Source: Octopus sinensis (lineage: Eukaryota). Taken from it: a stretch of DNA of 64,000 bases. The position numbers were made by a program, and so were the translations under genes. Positions 54,269-64,000 of this stretch are shown here, piece after piece. Below the pieces are notes generated by a model. That model was given only the letters and a program-made list of their open reading frames with translations. It ran no database searches and had not been told where the DNA came from. The stretch spans positions 110,546,001 through 110,610,000 of the forward strand of contig NC_043001.1 of the NCBI RefSeq assembly GCF_006345805.1. Direction: 5' to 3'. Each line of letters opens with the position of its first letter. The stretch's first letter is position 1.

Positions 54269-55315
54269 CTAAAGTCAAAATAATCAACTTATCCACTGTA
54301 CTAAACTTCCTGGCTTTGTACCAAAATTTGAAACTTATACAATAGTTGATTGTTTTGTACTTCTGGGGGATCATGATTCGAACGGCCACATGACTGTCGA
54401 TTCAGAATGAATACAAGGCAAACTAACAACGCTTCCTATTGTAATAATTATGTAGGTTTCGAAGCAGAGCCTAACTAGCAATTGTTTTGAATACATGTAA
54501 TACGATATTTAAGCTTTATATATTTTCTACCTCAATCATTTTACCTTTTTTTTCTCTAATCCCTTTTGCTGTTCCTTACAATATGACTATAGGTTATTTT
54601 ACGATAAACAGTGTTATTTGCAATCGCAAATCATTATTTTGCTGCATATACAAACATTTAGTATTTGTCACAGGTAGATGCTGTTTCATTAACATTGTGA
54701 GAATTCCCCACTTGATGCATTTTAGATATAAAATCATTTGACATTTGTATATTTCATAGCTAATTTAAACTCCATGACTACAAGCCAGGTATGAATCAAA
54801 ACCTCACAGGATGCAATGCAACTGTAGTGTTTCTAAAACTTGCCAATTTGTAAATTTAACCTACCCATGAACACGTTGGCTACATAGAGTTGTAATATAT
54901 CCAGATGTTTAATGCTATTGTGAAATGCGTAGTCTATCCATTTCCCATATGCCATCCTAGAATATAGAACTCAGTTGCAAAAATTGCACGATTGCCTATT
55001 TAAATGTTTCATATAAATTTCTAACTTCACTATGAAATTCATTATGAAGTTATTGTCCATTTTATCACAGCTGTATGTTTACCATTCTGAAATATTCTTA
55101 TAAAATACCCCTTTTGGTGATACATTGTTAAACAGCTGCCTTATTTAATTATTTACATAGCCGTTAGAGATTCACTAAATTATCCATAGATTTCTATGGA
55201 TTAGACATGTATAATGCTGGCAATCTTGTCCGGAAATTGGGGATTTGTGCCGACTCTGGTGACAAGTGATTCGGCAGACTGCAGTATCAGGGTAGTTTAA
55301 AGAGCAACAACAACA

Positions 55316-55390
<75 letters not shown>

Positions 55391-56574
55391 GTTACTCTAT
55401 TTTTTTTTCGTTTACGCCTTGCAATTTTAATGTTCATGGAACTGCATTCCTCCAAATGATTTTGAGCGAATTAAAATTGTATTCCAGATCGAGCGAATGA
55501 CCGTTCTGAAAAGTCTGCCTGTCACTGTTTCTGTCATAATCAATCAGTTCTTTTGTGCCATGTCTTTGGAATTTCTCTTTTACGATAACGAACATTGTTA
55601 TCATTATCATGACGTTATTACAAATTGTTATAAGAACTTCTATCAGTGTAAGGCTGCATTCCTTTTTAATTTGTTTAAATTCTATTGTCCCCTAAAAATA
55701 AGGATAAGGTGTTCTCTGATAGGCTGGCTCATTAAACATCATTAACATCAAGAGAATGAGCATCATCATTATCACATGTCAGAACTGTCCCATATAAGAT
55801 GCAAATGCACAGAAAAAAATCCAGAATTCTTAATGTTCTTCAGAGTTTAAAAAAAAATCATATCACTTGACAAAGCACTTGACAAAAGGCATTTTTTCTC
55901 TGGAATATCTCATGATGAAAAAAATCAACGAATCTTTGAAAATTCTACGTTTTCTTTCACTGTTGGGTTATCATTTATACTTACAATATATGAGAAAAAC
56001 TCAATCTACTTGTCTCAAAATTATTTTCTCTCTACTTAACGCCTCCTTTTAAAACATCGATAGTTAACGTAATTTAGCAAACAAAGCATGGAAATTGATT
56101 GGTAATTTTTTCCCTGACCTAATCTAACTGGATTTAGAAAATGAAATCTTGAAGGAGATAGTTTTATAATAATGAACATGCGCTTATTTGATATTTGGAA
56201 TTTTGAGTAGAAATTCTCAAGTTCAGTTAATGAAATCTCGATATTCATTGTTATGTAATATTTCCTATTTTAGAATGTTATAGCAAGTAACAACCATTTA
56301 TGACATATTTCAATGTATGTATGTATGGATGGATGGTGTATGTAATTTTCAGTTTATTTCAAGATTCTTTTGCCAGTAGTGAAAGAACCGTTGTGTGTAT
56401 TAGAAGAGTTTATGTTTTAAAATGTGTGTTTAATTCCCGTGCACGTGGACTTATTGTGGATATATATGTGTGTATAGATATCTATGTATACATTAGTATA
56501 TATAATCATATGTTTGCCTGTGTAGGTTTGTATATATGTATCAAATTTTGTATGTGTTCGCATGCATATGTATA

Positions 56575-56954
56575 CTCTTTACTCTTTCCTCTTTTACTTG
56601 CTTCAGTCATGCTGGAGCACCGCCTTTAGTCGAGGAAATCGACCCCCAGGACTTATTCTTTGTAAGCCTGGTACTTATGCTATCGGTCTCTTTTGCCGAA
56701 CCGCTAAGTTACTGGGACGTAAACACACCAACATCGGTTGTCAAGTGATGTTGGTGGGACAAATACAGACACACAGACATATACATATATACGACGGGCT
56801 TCTTTCAGTTTCCGTCTACCAAATCCACTCACAAGGCTTTGGTTGGCCCGAAGCTGTAGTAGAAGACACTTGCCCAAGGTGCCACGCAGTGGGACTGAAC
56901 CCGGAACCATGTAGTTCATAAGTAAGCTACTCACCACACAGCCACTCCTGCGCC
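56575..56954 (-). mobile_element. SINE family A, near-full-length reverse copy
   Basis: Reverse-complement match to 18825-19249 along the whole length. Confidence 0.9.
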
Positions 56955-57473
56955 TATATATGCACATGTTTCTTTTCGTGTTTGCAAGTATAATGATACA
57001 TGCATACGTCTCTATATATGTAAATGACGAGTGTCAATATCTCAACAAGTATAGATTTCTCTAAGTGTATATTTAAAAACAAACAACAGACTTACATTTG
57101 TAGTAACACAGTTTATTTATCTTATGCTAAATTACTATGGACATGCATGTCTTCCATCTTAAACTAAGAATCTATTTGATATAAGCTTTTCCCCGATTAT
57201 ATACAACACGATATTTATGCCTTTGAAAGTTTAATCTTTAGAATATTTGTTATTCATATTCCCCGCTGCTTAAAAATACCGTTCGTTGAAACTAGCGATG
57301 AAGTTTATATGAGTATCTGTCAATGTGGATTAATTTCTAACGTATTATATATACAACATATTTCTTCTTCCGTTCTCAATCACAATTGTCCGCCGAACAG
57401 AATGTGATATTCTGAGTAGGAGTTTTTTGTGATGTTTTTAGCAGCTTTAGTAATAATGCACGCCTGTATATAT

Positions 57474-57537
<64 letters not shown>

Positions 57538-57592
57538 ATATTAATATATATATATATATTAATATGCATGTATATGTATATATATAAATATA

Positions 57593-57630
<38 letters not shown>

Positions 57631-57715
57631 TATATCCATACCTGTAAGTATATATATATATATAATATATATATATATATATCCACACACACATACATAG
57701 ACGTACAAATATACC

Positions 57716-57768
<53 letters not shown>

Positions 57769-57858
57769 AATACATGTATATGTATATATATATATTATAT
57801 ATATATACATATATTTATATATATCTGTATCTGTATCTATCTATCTTTCTATCTATAT

Positions 57859-57936
<78 letters not shown>

Positions 57937-58749
57937 AAATTTTAAATAAAATGAGACAACAATGACAAGTCTGTGTGGAATTTTCAGGATATTTAAAAAG
58001 AGAATGTTAGTCTTACAACTGTTTCTGAGAAATAAACTTTTGTTTCTCCCATCTGTACCCCACCACACTCAATAACTAGATTTTGCCGTTTTCTGTATTT
58101 TATTTGCAATATTATACTGTAACTTCTCGAAAAAGAACTAACAGCAATGTATTAGCAGCATTTACATCTGTGATGTTATGTTAAACATAATAATGTCATG
58201 CGTGATGGTAAAAGAGAGTATAGGATACTACAGAAGGTGAATGATAGGAGGGGAAGTTGAAAGCGGAGAAACATAAAGTGTGAATGGAATTAACATTATA
58301 GATCTTGTCATATGGGATGATGATATTGGTGATGATATTCTAGTTAGGAGCATTATTCGCCGTTCAAATTTTCTGTATTTCTTGAAAAGCTTTAATCCGA
58401 TGTATACAGATGGTTCTTTATAGTAGAATGTTTTTCGAATTTTGATTTCTTTCCTTTATACAGGCCATTCCATTTATTCCAGACTTTAGATTGTTCCATG
58501 GTTTTGCTGTTAAGAACGACAGAATTAATTGTTAGTAATCTAGTTTGCTGCGTGATTTTGTAGATGAATATGGCCATAAAATCTTTGTTTAATTTATTCC
58601 AAAGCCCTGGCTGCATAATATCTATGTATTTATGTTATCGCACGTCAGAACACTATATCTTGCAAACATAATGTGAATCCATTGAAAAGGAAACAAATAT
58701 CACTTCTGGTATCGTTACTTAAAAGGATAAATACGATGTATGTCCATGA

Positions 58750-58983
58750 CATAGCTGTGAGGTAAGAGGCTTACTTCTCGACCACATGTATGTGGGTTCA
58801 GTCACACTGCTTGGCATCTTGGGTACATATTTTCTATAGCCTCGCGCCGACCGAAGCGTTGTGAATGTATGTGGTAGACAGAAACTGAAAGAAACCCATC
58901 GTGAGTGTATTTATATATATATATATATATATATACATATATATGTTTGTGTGTGTGTGTGTGACTCCAGCTTGACAACGGGT

Positions 58984-58985
<2 letters not shown>
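58750..58985 (+). mobile_element. SINE family A, degenerate 5' half
   Basis: GGGTTCAGTCACACTG...TCTATAGCCTCG..CCGACC..AGCGTTGTGA...GGTAGACAGAAACTGAAAGAA. Confidence 0.75.
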
Positions 58986-59051
<66 letters not shown>

Positions 59052-59519
59052 TTATGATAATAATAATATTAACAATAATGATAATGATGATGATGATGAC
59101 AATAATATAATAATAATAATAATATATATATATAATATATATATATATATACATATATAAAAATATATGTACAAATTCATATACATACATAACTGCATAC
59201 ATATATGCATGTATGTATGCATGCGTATATATATAAAGAGAGAGAGAGAGACAGAGAGAGAGAGTGAGAGAGAGAGAGAGGGGGAAAGACGCGTGAATAT
59301 ATCTATGAAGAGCATAATGCTGGTGATCGTATGTATGTTTGTAAACGATGTAGAAATAATATTGTTAAAGATGTATACATATATTGTGCCATATAGCTAG
59401 GCTCACCAGCGTTGCACTCTCCATAATGATCAGAGATTAGAATACTATTTATGCAACCTTTAAAAAGGGATGTTTAATACAATACATTTTGGATAATATG
59501 TTTATATATATATATATAT

Positions 59520-59735
59520 CACCGTGATCACCGTGACCAACCAGGGTATCAGATGTTGCTACACATCGCTGGTCACAATGCGCTTCGCATTGTTTTAACC
59601 TTCAAATTACGCCTCCCCCTTGCCAGAGCTTCGTGGAGCTTTAGCTGTTTTCGCTCAATAAACACACACAACGCCCGGTCGGAAATCAAAACCGCGAGTC
59701 TGCTACCCTAACCGCTGGGCAATTGAGCCTCCACT
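59520..59735 (-). mobile_element. tRNA-derived SINE (head as at 24473), reverse copy
   Basis: Reverse head AGTGGAGGCTCAATTGCCCAGCGGTTAGGGTAGCAGACTCGCGG...CCGACCGGGCGTTGTG. Confidence 0.75.
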
Positions 59736-59741
59736 ATATAT

Positions 59742-59790
<49 letters not shown>

Positions 59791-60169
59791 GAGGCTCAAT
59801 TGCCCAGCGGTTATATATATATATATATATTATATATAATATATATATAGTGGAGGCTCAATTGCCCAGCGGTTATATATATATATATAGTGGAGGCTCA
59901 ATTGCCCAGCGGTTAGGGTAGCAGACTCGCGGTTTTGATTTCCCGACCGGGCGTTGTGTGTGTTATTGAGCGAAAACATATATATATATATATATATAGT
60001 TATAAAATGAGATAGGGGTTGAAAATTCAACCCACCATGGGATAATATATATCCAATATACTGCCAGATAGGTACCCAACAAGATTAATACATAGATGTT
60101 AAAAATTGTCAAACAATCAGTTCATCTATTGTATTATATGGGTAAAGGTAGTAATATTACCGTAAATTA

Positions 60170-61913
60170 ATACTACACAATTAGAGAATGGAGAAACATA
60201 CTTAAATCAATAAAACATCAACTATCCGATGATACCCAATCAATACTTTAATACATCATTACATATGAGTAAAGGCATTATATAAAATGAGATATACAGT
60301 AATAGTAAAAAGATAAAGAGATATAAGTAAAAAAATTTCAAATATAATATGCAATTAAATCAAAACTGACAGCTGTTTCGGCAGTGAGGGCAGTCATACC
60401 TCATTTAACCTCTAAGCCATAAAGGCAGGTATAAATGAGGCATTAACAAGATGCCCCACGGCCTCTTCAGAGAATTAAATTAAATTTGTTATAATTGTGA
60501 AAAATATAATATAACCATATACATATAAATATAAAAATATAAAAATGTAAAATATAAAAAAATAAAAACTTATACATCATAATGCTACACTTATATAATA
60601 TAATACTTATTGGTACAATAAAGAAGGTAACAGAACAAAATAAAACAAAATATATATCAGTGTATATACTAATATTAATAAGTACCGATATTATACATAT
60701 TTAGCTAATAGTTTTTTTTTAAAAAAAACTAACACATAGGGAGATGAAAATAATAATTAAAACCATGGTTCAGTTCATAAAATTCTAAAGCTATGAAAGT
60801 TAATAAAAATTACTATTAATATTAATAATAATAATAATAATAATAAAATAATAATAATAATAATAGATACAGTTAAGTTAGCACCAAGTCCATCCTTTCA
60901 AGATCTAAATAACTATGAGTTTAAAATGCTGATCACTAGGTAAAGAAAATTTAGATTAATTCGATTGGCTATTGGTTTGAAATTTAAATCACAAAAGAAA
61001 ATTATACGGTTGGTTAGTCACGGAACGCCAATATTGACACACGCATCTACAGATCAATCGCACATACACACATAGTTATATGTATATACATACACTTATA
61101 CACATACATAATCACAAGCAACAACTAGCACATAGATAAACAAAAAGGGAAGCAACTATGCTACCATTTAGTCCTTCAAAATTATAACTGTGCCTCAAAT
61201 AACGAAAAAAGAACCACCCATGCATTTCATAAAATATTTAATTTAGATATAAATATATTTTTAAATATCAATATGTTACTAAGTCAGAAAATTATTTCAT
61301 GGGTAACTTAAAATTTATAACACCGGTTTGTTGCATAGTAAACATACGGTTGTTAGATTTATCGTAAGTTTGTTATGATTCCAAGTACGCTAAATTATAA
61401 AATATAAAATATATATTAATTTATATATTATAAATAAATCACTTATTTACTTAATAAATTTAATGCCATAATATACCAGTTTAGGCATTAAAAAATAGAA
61501 GGGGAAGTACTAATGTAAACGCTTATGAGAACATCACAGAAATTTTTTAAAATTTATATTATAAATACTTAAGGTAAAATGTGAAAAGATAAATAAGAAG
61601 GAATAAAAACTAAGGAATAAAAACGGTTATACACATATTATAAGTACAAACCAGTATATATGTATTCATAGAGGTTAAATGAGGTATGACTGCCCTCACT
61701 GCCGAAACAGCTGTCAGTTTTGATTTAATTGCATATTATATTTGAAAATTTTTTACTTATATCTCTTTATCTTTTTACTATTACTGTATATCTCATTTTA
61801 TATAATGCCTTTACTCATATGTAATGATGTATTAAAGTATTGATTGGGTATCATCGGATAGTTGATGTTTTATTGATTTAAGTATGTTTCTCCATTCTCT
61901 AATTTTGTAGTAT
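60170..61913. mobile_element. 1.74-kb element with near-perfect ~245-bp inverted termini; probable non-autonomous Penelope-like element with an inverted partial pLTR
   Basis: Arms 60170-60414 and 61669-61913 are near-identical reverse complements; a hammerhead core lies at 60366-60472(-); the interior is AT-rich with no recognisable ORF. Confidence 0.7.
60366..60472 (-). ncRNA. Type I hammerhead ribozyme motif with a long stem II
   Basis: Reverse strand: CT-CTGAAGA-GGC.GTGGGGCA...TGCCTCATTTA...TAAATGAGGTA...TGCCCTCAC.GCC-GAAA-CAGCTGT-C-AG. Palindromic stem III ACAGCTGT and a GUC triplet; only 2 bp of contiguous stem I. Confidence 0.7.
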
Positions 61914-62019
61914 ATATATATATATATATGTATATATATTTATTTATACATATATCATATATGCATACATGTATACATACATACTTACGTACTTACATAT
62001 ATACAGAACTGACTCTCCC

Positions 62020-62298
62020 GTCGAAGACGGCATATGAGCGTCCCACTACTTTGCCGAACGACCTGCACGAGGGAATTGTTTATAGTGATCAAATCTCTGA
62101 GCCGCACATTAGCTCACTCCCTCCATTAAATCGACGTTGTCTGAAAAGGTGCACTGTGTGCCACTCGTCAGGTGTCGAAATGATTGCGGAGCAACGTGAG
62201 ATGAAGTGTTTTGCTTCAAGAAAACATCATCGGGTCGAGGAATTGAAACCGTTATCTAGCGATCGTTAATCCAACATCCTAACGACTAGTCCATGCTC
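62020..62298 (-). mobile_element. Degenerate SINE family C-like, reverse copy
   Basis: GAGCAACGTGAGATGAAGTGTTTTGCTTCAAGAAAACA... matches the plus-strand text of 12400-12450. Confidence 0.65.
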
Positions 62299-64000
62299 CC
62301 TCACATACCTACATACATACGTACATGTACAGTGTATGCAGCTGTGCAGCGACACTTTTATATATTATAAAAGAAAATAAATAAGTCATTAATAATCTTT
62401 AAATGCATCTTAATATCAGACTGTAATCTATAAATGAAGGTCGCCAATTTTTTCTGTACTTGGGGAGATTTCACGTCTTTTAGCTTCTGTCTCTACATCA
62501 AGTCGCAGTATCCCATAGCATTATCTTAACATGTCTTTTACATTTCAGCTGTAAAGATGCTGGCTACAAAGATGCCTAATCTGTCCTTCGTTTTTTTTTA
62601 AAGACTATGCTATTTCTTCGTTTTATCAAGCTGCAGAAGATTTTATCTAAATATCAGCTAAATATATTTAGATGTCGCTAAGCAGAAAATTTTTATCATT
62701 TTCTTAAATTATGTAAGATTTGTATGATTGTTATTGCATCAAAATTTTGCAAGCTTTTATAGCTTCAACTTTTATTACAAATGTTAAATTTAAATTTTAT
62801 TTCAAAGTATTTTGAATATTTAATAAATTTCTCGCATACTAATTTATTTTCATTGATCTCTTTGTAGAGTTTGCTGGATTCTTGCATCATATAAGACAGT
62901 CGAAAGTCTGACTTTGCTGGAAGATTTTAATATTTATAGATCAACTTCTAGTGGGCGGACCGTATCAACAAGAGGTTAATGAAATGTGTCTATGGTTTCC
63001 TTTAAATATTCACTTTAATATTCGTCATTCCAGTTACTGTGAAATACGTAAGCGTCAAATATTAATATCGCTTCTATCAGCTAGACAGTCATCCATCAAA
63101 ACAACCACAGAATTTGACGGCTGAATGTTTATGTACCCCACGTTCTAACTTCTCATTGCATCTCATACGAAATTAAGTGTTCGCGCTTCTAAAGTTTTCT
63201 CTATGAAAATTTAACACTATACGATTAGAACTAATTTTCGTAGAGAAAATGTGAGATTTGAAGGCTGTTTAATTAATATTTCTAGCTGTCTCTGTCAACA
63301 AAATAGAGTATGTTTTTCGCTCAATTTTTTTTCTGTAGTTTGAGCCCAGAGCTGCGGCCATGCGGATGCATTGCCATTTTGCTACACTGTTATTATCGAG
63401 AGCCTCTGCCAACATGTGGCACTTGGTGAAGAATGGAGTTTGATATAGCTACCCACATTTGCACCTCTTGCCGCGATGTAGGTTCATCTGGGATTCTCGA
63501 CAGGGAGACGTTCAGTTTTGATTTAAAAACGCCTACATCTACTTTGTGCAGGTACCTCAGGCTTTTGGAGAGAATATTAAAAAGCTGTGGGCCCTTGAAA
63601 GCCAGGCTGTTGCAGTAACTGATCCTGAAGCATGATGGCGTTGCTGGGATCTATGCAGTGTCGTCTCGTTCTGGCATTGATGTAGCTTTCAATGCCAAAT
63701 ATAGAAATTGGAAATTTCTACTTATTTAGAAATTATTTTGATAGATATTATGCGTTTTTGCTTTTTACTATTATAATTCATATTTGCTTAACTTGGATAT
63801 TCCCTCCTTACATGAACATAATCCTTCATGAAGGCAAAATAGGTGTTTACTTCATATTAACTTGTCTAGTTAACCGCATCACTTATATTTTATCAACGGA
63901 AACATATTGAAGAACGAAAATAAATTTGTATGTATTTTCTGAGAAATAATGCAACAATAAACACCCCTACCTATAATCAAACTCACTTACCTTGTAGTAG

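Noticed and set aside
54275-54410. Short frame ...VLLGDHDSNGHMTVDSE resembling an EF-hand loop or the APE-endonuclease GDFN motif
   Set aside because: EF-hand position 12 is not E, there is no splice acceptor, and the APE match is only four residues.

Overview
AT-rich, microsatellite-saturated eukaryotic DNA. The repeat content suggests a coleoid cephalopod, probably Octopus (inference, no database check). I found no intact protein-coding gene, and almost all ORFs in the track are microsatellite read-throughs. The one recognisable host gene is a disrupted, intron-containing RBCK1/HOIL-1-like locus on the + strand. Its pieces at ~16006-16071, 23549-23765 and ~23833-24113 splice into a ubiquitin-like domain followed by a degenerate NZF zinc finger and a HOIL-1-type tail, with frameshifts and a stop. 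The rest is a mosaic of mobile elements: at least three tRNA-derived SINE families, an internally deleted mariner, a DD37D maT-type remnant, an RTE LINE fragment and restriction-like-endonuclease (R4/Dong/NeSL-type) LINE ends sitting in microsatellites. The most striking non-coding signal is a set of type I hammerhead-ribozyme motifs with palindromic stem III, the architecture known from Penelope-like retroelements. One is fully canonical (37575-37657, +). One is canonical in its core (60366-60472, -) and lies in a 1.74 kb inverted-repeat element. Several more are variant or decayed, including one fused behind a tRNA-derived Pol III head (2981-3225). All calls are by-eye pattern recognition, and repeat boundaries are approximate.
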